Of a stretch of 64,000 bases of DNA, positions 39,401-56,395 are shown piece by piece. This DNA comes from Bugula neritina (taxonomy: Eukaryota > Animalia > Bryozoa), in contig OZ037771.1 of assembly GCA_964035545.1 (NCBI GenBank), forward strand, positions 12,399,133 to 12,463,132. The letters run 5' to 3'. The stretch's first letter is position 1. Each line of letters begins with the position of its first letter. The notes beneath the pieces are model-generated. The model saw only the letters and a program-made list of their open reading frames with translations. It ran no database searches and was not told the origin of the DNA. Made by a program: the position numbers and the translations under genes.

Positions 39401-40424
39401 GAGCTAATCTGGGACATTCATAAGCAAGCTCATGCTGGAGCTGGGCGAGGGGCTACGTGCCTTCAGCTTTGGTGGTAGTTGCCCGGGATGACCCGGATGC
39501 CCGACTGCGAGTGCGAAAGTGTGAGGTATGCCAAGCTAGCAAGCATGGCCACTCCACTGAGACCGCGGTAAGGCACTGCCTTCATGCCGGTTGTCTGTGG
39601 CAAATAATTGCCGTAGATTTGGTGGGCCCCATGCCCACGCCTGAGAGAGGTTATAACTGGATACTAGTGTAAACTGACCACTTTACGTGGTGGGCTGGTG
39701 CTCTGGTTACTCCTGTCGCGTCAGCCTTTAGGTCGGCCAAGACCCTTGATCAGAACGTGTTATTTTGGCTTGCTGGAACAAATGCACACTGATCAGGGTG
39801 CCCAGTTTTAGTCGCAGCTGGTGAACAATCTCTGTAAGGCATGGGAGGTCAACCAGAGCCGGACTACCCCATACCATCTGCAAGGGAATGGTGTTGTTGA
39901 GCAGAACAATCCTATGTTAAGCAACTCTCTAAGAAATCTGCTACTGGGTAAAAGTAGGGCTTGGTATTGCAGCAAATCATGTGAGCATTCCGTAAGTACG
40001 CTTCCTCCAGCACACTGGAGATCCTGAACTTTCTTATGGATACATAGATGAGCTCATCACGCGTATGAAGACAGCTCACGATATTCTATGTGAACAGAAT
40101 TGGCAGTTGAAGGGTGAAGGCGCTACGTAACTCTAAAGCTACACATTACTACGCTACAGTAGTCACATGGAAAATCAGAATGATACGCTACACTACTTTT
40201 CATTGTATTGGCTAATGATCACCTAATCACGCTTTGTGTTACAACAGCTGCGAGCATATAAACAGGCAATCATACGCCAGCCCCACGCTTCCTTGGAGTA
40301 AAGCTGTCTTAGTTTAGTTGCTTGAGTTAAAGCTTAATAAATTATTTAGTTTCTTTCCATCTTGTGCCGGTTTTCTCACTCTTATATTATTCGCATGCAA
40401 TAAATGTTATCTATACTCGCTACA
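36440..40424 (+). mobile_element. Decayed Ty3/Gypsy element (end of gag, PR, RT, RNase H, integrase, probable 3' LTR); related to 25615-27388
   Basis: LLDTGYTTNLLSRHLFDTL (cf. LLDTGCTTNLLSRRLFDTL), ATFQRLME...IYLHDVIV, YILDTDAS, AVDLVGP, TTPYHLQGNG; many stops and frameshifts; ends approximate. Confidence 0.88.
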
Positions 40425-41484
40425 CTTGGACCATTGATTTGAATAGTTCACATCAGCACCTGCATCGCACATAGCCTCAATAACCCACATACTGTGAAAC
40501 AACAATATCATCCAAAAAATCTATAGAAAAACTGTACATTATTATTATTTATTTGGAATTTTGTAGTAAGCTGTAGCAAAAATAACGATTCAGCAACAAT
40601 AATGGGTGCTTTCTATTGATTGTAATAAATAAAGTGTGTGGCATTCCTCTCACACCAGAGGGCACAGACAGCAGTCTAACAAAACGAGTTAATGCATAAA
40701 AAGTAAATGAATATTGAACTATAGACTCTGAAACTTTTAATTCTTATGAAATACCAATTAGTATGCATAACATAACTAATTGAAAGCTAACAATATTCAA
40801 AATAAAAAAATCATACCACTTTTTGGCTGTTTGACCTTCTGAAGCCCTACTGCTTTATGTATGTGGTAAAATAAACAATAGGGTTGAATTGCTGTTGCAA
40901 GTGTCAGGCAGACCTTAAAAGTTTCAACTTTATATTTTAAAAGGTTTGAAGAGTAAGTTCGAGGCCTGGCTGTGGTTTCCTAGACCTTATAGAATTTAGT
41001 GATGCCAATCACAAAATATGCAATTTAGAACATGTATTCTACTTTTCAACTAGTTAAGTAGAATGATAGCTTAATAGCTATAATAAAAACTTTTTCTATA
41101 TTTAATTGACTAAAAGAAAACAACAATCACTGCGTATATAAACACTATACTTCTTAGCTATATTTAAGCAGCTCATTATTTGCATTAGACTAAGGATATA
41201 TCAAATACATTGTTTTTTGCCCTCCACAGTTTTATGTTTGTCTAGGTGTGGAAGATTATATACAGTTGAAAGGTTTCTGACAACAAACAAATATAAGCTA
41301 CTTTCATTTACTTCCCTGATGGCATTTTGCCTAAATCACTGTACATATTGCATGAATCAATCGAAGCAACTTTTTAAGAAGCTAGGGTGTGCCTACATAA
41401 TGATCACAAGCACCTAAAACTTACAGCTAACTAAAAATATATACTTTTATAAAAACAATTTTTTTTACTGTTCTAATTGTTGCC

Positions 41485-44400
41485 ATGGATAAGACTAAGA
41501 ATGTTACAATTCTAAATAAAAAAGCCTACGGGAAAGCTGATGATTGCGCTGGAGGTGTAAAGTTTAGTGATACTGATAAGGCAAGTGATGATAGGATGAA
41601 CAATGGCATTTGCGTTTGCGATCTGAACACTAAAGCAAATCATATATATATGTTTAAACTTCTGTTTTGTAGCATTTCGACACTACGATGGGATGTATTT
41701 CAAAAAGAAAGTAAACAGAGCGACTTATTTGTTGAAGTCAGCCATTTCTGCAACTGAAAACATCGAAACGGTACCAAGTGAATTGGTAACCCTAATAGAA
41801 ACGTAAGTATAGTTTCAACTTTGCTTGTCTAACAGCTTAAATTGAACATAAATTCTTTGATTATTGTATTATTGAAAGTATTTTAAACTTTGAAGTGACA
41901 CTTATACATGGTGTCAAAAATGTATGGCTTCTATATAACCTATTATTAAGATTCACTTTTATAAAAAAAACGTTAAGCCTTTTTCACAAACAAAAGGTTT
42001 CTTAGCAAACTTTGTATATGTAATGCATAAGTCATGGTCCTTAAAATCGTAACATGCAAATCTTTGCATATTAAAGCTTAACTTTAGTACAAATGCTATT
42101 TTCAAACACAATGGCGTCATTGCAACAAATTACAGAAAAATTATGTAAAACATGTGTAAAGAAAAAGTAATTTCTAAAGTTTAAATAGTTTAAATTGACA
42201 AGAATTACTAAGAAACTTTTAGCTGCTCAAGCATAGTATGATTCAACTAACAAATATTGTAGTAACTTGTGAGTTTTTGAATGCAGTCAGGTACAGAACA
42301 TAACTCCTTGCGTGTGAGTAGTGAAAGATGAGAGGGTTTTTTGCAGTGTGCGTAAAATAGATTTAGTAATAATGAAGTAGTTCCTTCTAGTATAAGCTCC
42401 TGTCTTCAACTGACTTACAAGCTTACAATTTACATCCTTTTATACTGGTACAAAAGAGTGTTCGAGAAGCTTACCAGACTAATTGTCGGCCAAAGTTCGG
42501 AATGTCGGAGTTTCAAGTGATCGACATTTGCATGGTCAATTAGTCAGCCGACAAGCCGAACTTTGGTCGCCAACTATTTACATGAATCAAACAAAAAATA
42601 AAAATGAAATGAAAGGCGAGTAATCGCAATTTAATAATATGTAATGAGGAGATAACTCTACAGAATACCACAATATATGCCAATCTCAAATTGTATCAAA
42701 AATCTTTTAAAAATATTTAAGATGCTATACTTTAAGATAAATTCAACTCAATAATCATTATAGTATATAATTTATTAAACAAAAAAATAAAAAATTTTGA
42801 ATCAAAAAAATATTTTGTCATAAAATCAAATGACCATTGCCCAAGTGAAATCATATGAAACCAGTTTCAAAATTTATCTGCAAATATAATTTTTGTTTGC
42901 ATGATTTTTAATCTTTAGTTATTTAGAGACACTTATGATTCAAGACTCAGCAAAAAGCAGCATTATTTATACTATAAATATTGACAATCAAATTGAAAAA
43001 GTAATTGCCCTCACTGGACCCAAGACTTCTGGCTTGCAAGCAATTTTGCTAACCGTTACACCACGAGGACGACTGAGTAAACTCAACACTACATCCCACC
43101 CAGTTCTCTGAACCCCACTGGCTTATCTACTACTCCTTCAGTTTTCAGGCTCCCCTAGTCACTCAACTCTTTTGGAGTACTACTACACTTCACTAAAGGC
43201 TGAAGTAGCTTGAAAAAAAACTGCCCCCACTGGGAATCGAACCCGAGACCTTTAGCTTGCAAACAAGTGTGCTACCATTACACCACAAGACCACTGAGTA
43301 CACTCAACACTACAAAATCAAATATTATAGCATACCTTGTGTCACATATGACTATAAAATTAGTTTTTAAATATTTCAGCAAATGCCTTGAAAATAGTGT
43401 GACATCATTGGAGCTTTACGCATCACCCGATGATCATAAAGAATTGCTCGTAGTTGGGGAGGGAATATCTGATACTCTACAAGATCTGCTTCGATCAATC
43501 CTCAAAAGCAATCAAAATTACCACGAGTTTAAAATAATAACACAGCGCCTTGAAGGGTCCTCACACATCAAACATCTGTCAAATCCAGGAACAAATGTCG
43601 AAGTTATTAAAAAACTTTTTAGAGGGTCAACGTTAGAGACAACAAGATTTGCAACTTGTGAGTTGGTGCTAACAGGAGATGTTAAAGATACAAAGTCTCC
43701 ATATGTGGGGCACTTTGCACTGGCTCCTGCCCACTTGGTGCTTGAGGAACGTCAGTGTGAGGAGTTGTTGAAAGCAGATGCGCCATCTGGTGCTTTGGAA
43801 CACATGAGAGACGTTGTCGCTAGAATCAGTCGCAAAATGCGATATGCTGTTGAAACAAAACAGACAAGTAAAAGCATAGATCTACTCATGGACTCATCGC
43901 TGCTGATTTATCGTCATTACAAACATGAAAAAACATCTGAAAATGATTGTAAGAGTTTTTTAAATGATATTGTTTTGTTCCCAATACAATACCGCCACTT
44001 GATTGATCCTGAAAACTTGAAGCTGTTTGCACAAATGAATACAGCTTGTGACGGATCAACGAAGCCTGGTTTAAAAGCAAGCATGATCTTTCCTTGCTCT
44101 GCTGAAGATTTGAAGCAGATGAGTAGACGCAGAGTCTGTGTTAAGGTCAAAGGTGCTGATGGTCACATGGTACAAGGTGATTTGAGGAGGGAAAACATGA
44201 CTTTTGATCAAGGAAAGAGAATGGTTCTGCACCACATACAGTTTGTTTTAGAACATGGCGTGTGAGTGTTACACATATTTATTCTAGTCCCAGCATATCA
44301 CATTTATTAGATCATTTATATTTATATAACATTCCTGTTAAAAAGATTAAATAAGATTGGAATAGATTAAAAAAATTTTCTATAAAATTAAAATTTTTTA

Positions 44401-44900
44401 TCAAGAATGTTGCAATAAAAATTAAACGACACTAAAAAGTGATGAGGATTAAGCACTGTAAAGTTCGTCAACATCACTATAGAAACAAAAAAATTAAAAC
44501 TTTGATCAGTTTGTTTGCTGTCAACATAATATTTCTAATTATATACTTTGCAAACACGCTTAAATTTGTGTATAGTAATAAATTTATATGATGATTGCAT
44601 CATTGTAGCAAACTGATAAAAGGTGATAGCGGCAGCATTGTATGTGTCATTGATGTCAAAACAGATCGTCTCTATCCAATTGGGATGCTGATAGAAGAAA
44701 GCATTAGAAAGCATACCAATGAGCAGTCAATATACCAGGCAATAGTCTTGCAGCAAGCTCTTCAGGAGATTGAGCTGAACAACGCCGGCTTTGTCAGAGA
44801 TCTGAAACCCTTCGCCTATGAAGAACTGACTCCTGGTGCTCAGGTGGACCTCAGAGATGCAGTCAGAGACTCTGGTGTTGGTGAAGAAACTAAACTTTAA
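41485..44900 (+). CDS. Uncharacterised divergent trypsin-like protease, paralog 2 (His/Asp/Ser intact); exons (41485-41554 tentative), 41673-41803, 43380-44261, 44609-44900
   Basis: GHFALAPAH, FLNDIVLFPI, LIKGDSGSIVCVID, IGMLI; last three exons join in phase; start exon tentative. Confidence 0.75.
42484..42574. repeat. Short inverted-repeat element (MITE-like), intronic
   Basis: tgtcggccaaagttcgg ... ccgaactttggtcgcca. Confidence 0.55.
43222..43292 (-). pseudogene. tRNA-like sequence (tRNA pseudogene or SINE head); second decayed copy ~43006-43070
   Basis: A box tggtgtaatgg, B box ggttcgattcc, tttgcaa loop, followed by T8; acceptor and anticodon stems pair poorly. Confidence 0.65.
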
Positions 44901-46036
44901 TCAGCCTGTGAACAACTAAACCCACTCCAGGCACTAATTTTCAAACTACAATAAATATATGTTTCTAATACCTTTTATTATTACAATCTCTAATGTAATG
45001 TTCCATTGTTGTCAGAATGATCATATTAAAGAGCAGCCATGATGTAGGCCTAGCGGTTATAGAGTGCTGCAGCCTAATAATACACAAAGTCTGGGGTTTT
45101 AGTTTAAAAACTGATGACAATGTTAAGAAGAGCACCCAGTTATAATTGCTCCTGTTCCACATGAAAAAAGTCCTTAGCCGGTTAAAAAAGCTCTCCCATC
45201 AGGGGTTCTCACATTAAGGATAGCGACTATAATTCAACTTATTACAATCTATAATATGTTATTTACAAACATTTTGATTTTTTGATTGTTTTATTGTTTA
45301 TAAAAATGGTTTTTTAACCGCTGGCACTTTTTCTTCTTCTACCAACTGCATGCACTGTTTTCCCCTAAGTTCTCCGAGATGTGATGATCACAGAGATTAG
45401 TATATAACCTACTATAAAATCATGCTATATCTCTGTCATATATTAGTACATGCAGTATAATATTTAATATGTCTTCATTTTATATAAATTTAAATAATCC
45501 TTATCTAATATTTTGCCATTTATAAAAAATACAATAATCTTGTTTGTCCCTTTCTTATCTAAAGAATAACTAAATCGTTCAATGAAAATCTTTAAAAGTG
45601 TAAAATCATGTATCATAATTCTGATATATCACATGACCAAATCAATTAAATTAGACCAGTATATATCACTTATTGCTTTATGTCCCACCCAAATGCAAAT
45701 GTATTTTAACTTGTCTATTGCTGAAAAAAATCTTGCTATTGTTTTGTCTTAATTTATTTAACATTGCTTCTTATTTTCTCTTTGTCTAGTGGCTATGCTG
45801 CATGCACATCTTCAATGCAGATATTTAACAAAATCTAAATTCAAAATAAACCGTTATTATACATCTACGTAATAAATAGTGGACTTTAATGATCAGTTAG
45901 AGTATGACTATTTTCAACTAAAGAGCTGCTGTGTTTTCCCATCAAGCCTTAAACTTTTATTTACACTATATTAATATAATGCCTGCTCAAAAATATAAGT
46001 GCATGATAAATTTATAAAAAAAATTTCGATAATTAC

Positions 46037-46149
46037 AAATTTACAGCCAAATTTAACTTTGACATATTTACTCTTATATAAATTGGGTTGAATTCAACCC
46101 AATTTATATGAGATTAAAGATGCCAAAGTTAAATTTGGTGGTAAATTTA
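46037..46149. repeat. Spacerless AT-rich palindrome
   Basis: perfect core atataaattgggttgaattcaacccaatttatat with imperfect arms. Confidence 0.85.
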
Positions 46150-47458
46150 TTAGTTCTAATGATTCAAAAGCATTCACACAGTTAAAATTGTTTCTAAGAT
46201 CTCAGTCTTACTGCATGTTATGTATATGAAAGATTTTCATAAAAACAAACATGTTTTTAAATTTTTTTCATCTAGAAAAAACCTGAAATGTGGTGCACTA
46301 TATTAACTCTTTAGCTTATTTCTATAACTTATATTTGGTTTACATGTACAAAGATTAGAAGGAATTTGCGAATAAGCTTGTTAACTAATATTATAAAGCA
46401 TATATAATTGCTTGTACAACAGATAAATTATTGCATGTAAGCATGAATAGCCTATTGAGAGTTGTGTGCACAACATGCTATTTGGTAGTTGTCACACCTT
46501 AGGCTACTTTTATAGCTGCACATTGCGGCAAGTGAATAGCAGATAGCTATATAAAAGATTAGTAAAATCAACTATAATGCAGGTATGTGATCGGTTAAAG
46601 TCAAATTAAAAGTCTATGTATTCTAAAGACTTTCCAAAGAAAATTATATGTTGAATATGGAATAACAAAAGAGTACCGTGAATTTGATGCTGATAGAAAC
46701 AGTGCAGATAAAGTGAGACAGCTTTAGCAGTAGTTTTTCGTACTACTAATTTGGGTGTTATTGTGTGCTGGTAATTACTGCATATCCACTGTGAGGTTAT
46801 GTGAAGAACCGAACTAGTTGAACAGTTAACAAGCGAACTGTATTGTTAATCAATTACGAATGATCAAAAATCATTATAAGTATAAAAGAGAAAGAATACA
46901 ATAGCTGAAACAGTTACATAAAGTCAACCAAGTTATATCTACTACTACTGTCCGAGACTGCTGTGGGCGCCGGAAGGCATTACTAATATATACAGAGTGG
47001 ATCACGATTGGATGACAAAAGATTCTGGCTGTGTCATCCGTAGTTACTATAATAGGGCACCGCATAGACATGCGGCAAGGGTTTGCGGAGTTGTCGTTCT
47101 TGATGTTAGTTTTACCATAATCTATAGAGTCATGTTTAGCAGGGGGTGCTGGAGGGTACACTTCCCCTATCCATTACACCACCCCCTCCAGCAGGAAGTC
47201 CACTTTCTGATAATTAATACCAAAAAAAGGTGGGGAAGTATCAGCAACCAGTAAAACCATAAAAACAGTATTATATAAATAATATAAGTACATAATCATA
47301 AAACTATAACAAAAAAAATTTCCTGAAAGAAGTTGATTGAGATAATTGTGGCACAGCTACAAACCACATTGTCGTCAACGGAGTGGAGTCTGAGACGAGA
47401 GCAGTAAGCAACTGCTACCGAAAAGACAGAAAAGAACGAGATGAGATGAGATGAGATG

Positions 47459-48590
<1,132 letters not shown>

Positions 48591-49769
48591 CTAGTAAAAT
48601 CCAATAAAAATGTCTACAAATGTAGAAATGAAGTTTTCTAACTGAGCATTCTTAAGATTCTACTTTGGAAAAATAACATCTTTTGAAAAGTTGAAAGCTA
48701 TAACTACTACTGTCTAATATAACACATAGTTGCTTTGTTAATGCGCATTTAAAAATGCTCTTTGAAACAAAGCCCAGCTAGTGCAATTTGAAGCTACACA
48801 AAACTAAACCTAACCTTTCTTAAATTCTATTGAATGATGTATAAATTTGCAGCATAATTTAAGTCATTTTTTGTAATTACTTTTATGTTAATTGCACAAG
48901 TTTGGTTTATGCTTTGGAAACCTAATGGTGAACTTCCATGTATACAGGGATGGCGACTATAAACTTGGGTGAGTTTTTTAGTGTTATATGCATGAGAGCA
49001 TCAAGGTGGTGTCTATTTATAGCCATAGTAATTCTATACATATTATATGACAGTCTCAACTCTCACGTAAAACTACTTAAGATATTGAAATCACCTTTAA
49101 ATGGCTATAGAGTGAAACTGCTTTTAGATAATTTTGAATGATAAAATTAGTACAGCTTGCTGTGAGAGCAAATAGTAGTACTCAGATAAGATGGCACATT
49201 GACAAAGTACGAAGTATATTAGAAAATTAGTTTCCCCTACGATAATTGAAAACATTTCCAGGAAATTTGATATGACAACAAAAATTCCATTATCAGGTGT
49301 AGCTGTATGCTAAAAGACGTTGCAGACTGAGGGTTGGAAAATACTCTAGACAATCTTGGAACTTTCCTAAACATTTATGACTAACTTTTATCACTTGAGG
49401 TTTGAACTTTGAGACTCAGAAATATTGGATAAAAAGGTAATATATTAAGAACATCATGATATACCTGGTGTACCAGTAGGAAAAATATAATAAATATGTT
49501 ACGGTGCAATGCTTTAATAATTACATTGATACAATTTCCTAAAACTGCATTTCTAAAACTAAAGACTACAAATAGAGGCTATATAGAGCAGGCAATCACA
49601 GCTTTTTGTAAAAAGCTTCTACATTTGTAATAAGGTTTGGTAATAGTTATATCTAAAGAACTATATAGTACTATAGAATCTAGAATATCAAATCATAAAC
49701 TTGCTTATATCTGCCTTATGGAAAAGCTGTCTTGCTGCCTCAACTAATTGAACACATAATATAGCAAAT

Positions 49770-50981
<1,212 letters not shown>

Positions 50982-51699
50982 TTTCTCTCTCTTTCTCAAA
51001 AGGTGTCATTCAGCAAGGCTAGAAAGACCTGTTTCTATTATCAGACACAATTTATGCCCTCCTTTACATCAAAATGAGTAATAAATCAATTTCATTAACA
51101 GAGTTGATGTCGAGCTAGAATAGACCATGTAAGACACAGCCAACTAGCAGTGTGTACAGTGCAGTACTCACTATTCTAATACCTTAACAAAATCCTGCAA
51201 GTTCAAATGCAAAATGCATGCTTCTAAAAATATTTGTACAAGTTTTGCTATAAACAGTGTAACAGTTTATTTCATAAATCAATTCCATAAGCATTGGGTT
51301 CACTTTCTAAAAATTGTACTTCTGAAAATATACCTTAGACAAACCTTCCCACTACTCAAGGCGTTGCTTGGATGACATACAATACAAATTGCATTGTTTA
51401 TATATAATGATATCAAACTGCATAACAAAACATCAGATTCTTATATTCTGTGCACCACCTGTCTTTATAAAACTGTGTAATGAAAGGTATTGTATTGTTA
51501 TGATAGCAAATAGCAATACAAACATGAACTGGCAAATACATATTCAAATCAACAGGATAACATAAAACCTACGAAATAGCAGCAAATAAAGTTTTTACAT
51601 ATTCTAAGAGCAAACTTTTTTGGAAAACTTGATCTGAGTCAAAGATCCTGTTGGAGGAGCAAGAAACTAAATTTAGAATCGAACGAGGTCGTGCGTCAA

Positions 51700-51857
51700 T
51701 GTTGATTGGCTGAAGTGAGATAAGAGTTAAGTATAAAAGAGTTCAAATTTTGAATCACAAGCCACTACAACTGGCTGTGCAGAGGCAATCACATAGTCCT
51801 GAGACAGGTAGAAGCTTTCTAAAATATACACATTTTCAGCTCCATACAGAGGTGAGT
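51700..51857 (+). promoter_or_regulatory. Candidate Pol II promoter and non-coding first exon
   Basis: attgg (reverse CCAAT) ~51705, tataaaag 51732, ag|gtgagt donor at 51852; target gene unproven. Confidence 0.35.
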
Positions 51858-52184
51858 CTATACGTTACTTAATTATTCATTAATTTATAATAAAGTGTTG
51901 AAGCTGCTAAGGTGTCTTCATGTTTCCATAGTAAACAACAAATTACTAACAAAGTTAAACATGCAGTCTTTAAATTGTAAAATTTTAAAAGTCAGATTTA
52001 ATTATATAATGGGGTTTTATTAATATATAATTTTTTTGAAGAGTGCTTAAAATAATTACAAATTGATGTAAACTTAGATAAATTACATGTGTTTATTTAA
52101 TGACTAATTTCGTATCAATTTTTCTACAACTTTTTGTTTCAACTGTGCAGTTATAAATGCTGTACTTTTAAATAAAGCATTATA

Positions 52185-52289
<105 letters not shown>

Positions 52290-52291
52290 AA

Positions 52292-52338
52292 TCTGTGGAC
52301 AGCAGCTGTTTCGGGATTTGTCCCCTCATCAGCACAGA
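52292..52338 (-). ncRNA. Type I hammerhead ribozyme motif in a ~94-bp (TA)n-flanked unit (52287-52380)
   Basis: UCUGUG CUGAUGA GGGG-acaaa-UCCC GAAA CAG-cug-CUG UC^ CACAGA. Confidence 0.9.
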
Positions 52339-52383
52339 ACAGAGTACCATGGCCCACACCTTCGCAATAGTAAAACTTATAGT

Positions 52384-52479
<96 letters not shown>

Positions 52480-52730
52480 AGTTATTATAGTAAATAGTAA
52501 AATGGGAGTTTGTAAAACGTTACAAGAGTGCTCTATAGAAATAAATCAGTGATTGAGCTCTCTCACCATGGTCACAAACTCAAGCTGCTAGCATTTTGCA
52601 AGGGTCGTGACTCCTAGGTGACCCCTAGAGTCACTTGAGCTTTCTGGCTTGAGTTTACACACCTTTTAAATAAGCTTTAGTAAAAACATAAGTTTCTACT
52701 ATTGCGAAGGTGTGGGCCATGATACTCTGT

Positions 52731-52777
52731 TCTGTGCTGATGAGGAGACAAACCCCGAAACAGCTGCTGTACACAAA
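52731..52777 (+). ncRNA. Type I hammerhead ribozyme motif, inverted sister copy (unit 52688-52782, then (TA)n)
   Basis: UGUG CUGAUGA GGAG-acaaa-CCCC GAAA CAG-cug-CUG UA^ CACA; one stem II mismatch. Confidence 0.8.
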
Positions 52778-52779
52778 TT

Positions 52780-52885
<106 letters not shown>

Positions 52886-54235
52886 TATAGATATATATAG
52901 ATATAGATATATATAGATATAGATATATATATATAGATATATATATATAGATATATATATACATACATATATACATACATATATACATACATATATGTAG
53001 TTTCTATAATTAACAATGAATCAAAAGAACTCAATATTTCACTATGTACAACAATATTGTAGTCGATAATATGAAGATCTAAATTTATTTTTATATTCAA
53101 AATTGTACCAATACCAAATATATATACATATATATGTGTGAGTGCGTGCGTGTGTGTGTGTGTGTTGTTTGTGCTGTCTAGAAAGTTTATATTTATTTTA
53201 ATAAAATTATATTTTCAATTATTTTAAAACTTGTCGTAATTTTGATTTCTAAAGCATTTTATTCAAACAAGTTTTTAACTAAAAGCAATAAATGTGTACT
53301 AAACTAAAGTATAGTTAGCTTTCATTTATTAACACAAAACTAGCAATAACACAATATTTTTATAGCAATGAGCTAAAGATTTTATGTGCTAACTATCCCA
53401 TGATTTGAAGGTGATATAATTGTGTTACACTATGAGAAAAATGTAATAATCTCTATTATTACCTGTAATACAATTTTGAAATAAGTACCTGATTGCACTT
53501 GAGATTTATAAAAAGCTGATTATAGCATATATTTTGAACTCTGTTCTTCATAAATGACCCTTAAGGTTCCTGAGAAATAAATCAAAAGAGATATGATAAG
53601 AAATAGGGGTGGTTGAGATTCTCGTTTTCTATGGTTATTATTCTGTTGCGTCAATTATACCACTGCCAATGGTGTGTATAAATGAGTTACACCAACATAT
53701 ACTAGTATAAATACACACAACACAACAACACAAGTTATAAAGTCATACAAATGGATACATACACCACCCATGAATACAAACACAAACATTATAAACTTGA
53801 ACAAACAGACATATACATACACAATACAAACACCAAATGCTGCATTAAGTGAAAATGGAAAAATCTCTTTGTGTCATGTGTTTTGAATGGGTTTAGGGTT
53901 GTTATACCTTTAAAAGGGTAAAGAAATTGTGTTCTCATACTAAATAAGATAATTGATCAAAAGCAATAAATTTTAAAATTCAAATGCTATCGATTGTTGA
54001 ACAGGTCAGATGGTAATATAAACTAATTTTTCATATTGCATTATTGTTCTTGTGGTATATGATGTAATATTTCCATTTATATAATTGTGCATTACTGTCG
54101 CAGTTTATCTATATATAAGTATTTAAATACTTATGAATAGTATGTGTATATATGTATATATAAGTATATATATATTATATATATACATATATGTATATAT
54201 AAGTATATATATTATATATATACATACATATATAT

Positions 54236-55826
<1,591 letters not shown>

Positions 55827-56395
55827 AGGAAAAGAGCAATTTAATTATATAGATGTTGTTTTATTGTACTACTAATAGTTTCATGCCTCTTCGGCATATA
55901 CATATATATATATATATATCCAAGAGAATGTCTTGCTTCAGCTCTCTGGTGGGCGGTACCTGTGTAGTTATACTAACCAATAGAATGTCAGCATAAAAGG
56001 AGGCAAGTACTATAGCCGTCTATCATATGATATTAAATGTTATGTTTTGTCTCATGGTTACTCATTCTGCATCAGAGCAAAGTATCTGCAATGTGAACAG
56101 TACAATTCCTGAATTTACTTCTACAACTCAAGTAAGAAAAAAGCCTTTAACTTATACTTTACACTTGAGAAACTAAATTTTCAGCCTTATAGTTTACTTT
56201 TTATATATAATATAATTAGTATTATTTAAAATTTTGGTCTTAACACTTTGTGCATTTAAGCTTTTATTTTCTGTCTACTCTATATAATTTCAAAATGATT
56301 TGTATAGTTCAAAATGTGCAGGATTTGAACATATAGTTTTATCCTGAAATTTCTTTTTTATTTCAGGTAACATTTTGGCAATTAAAAAGAATACG

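Noticed and set aside
25615-40424. Two Gypsy remnants as halves of one element split by inversion
   Set aside because: They overlap in gag end/protease, differ greatly in decay, and the LTR-like ends do not match
43210-43379. N-terminal part of ORF 43210-44265 (HWESNPRPLACK)
   Set aside because: Antisense translation of the tRNA-like intronic sequence; true acceptor at 43379
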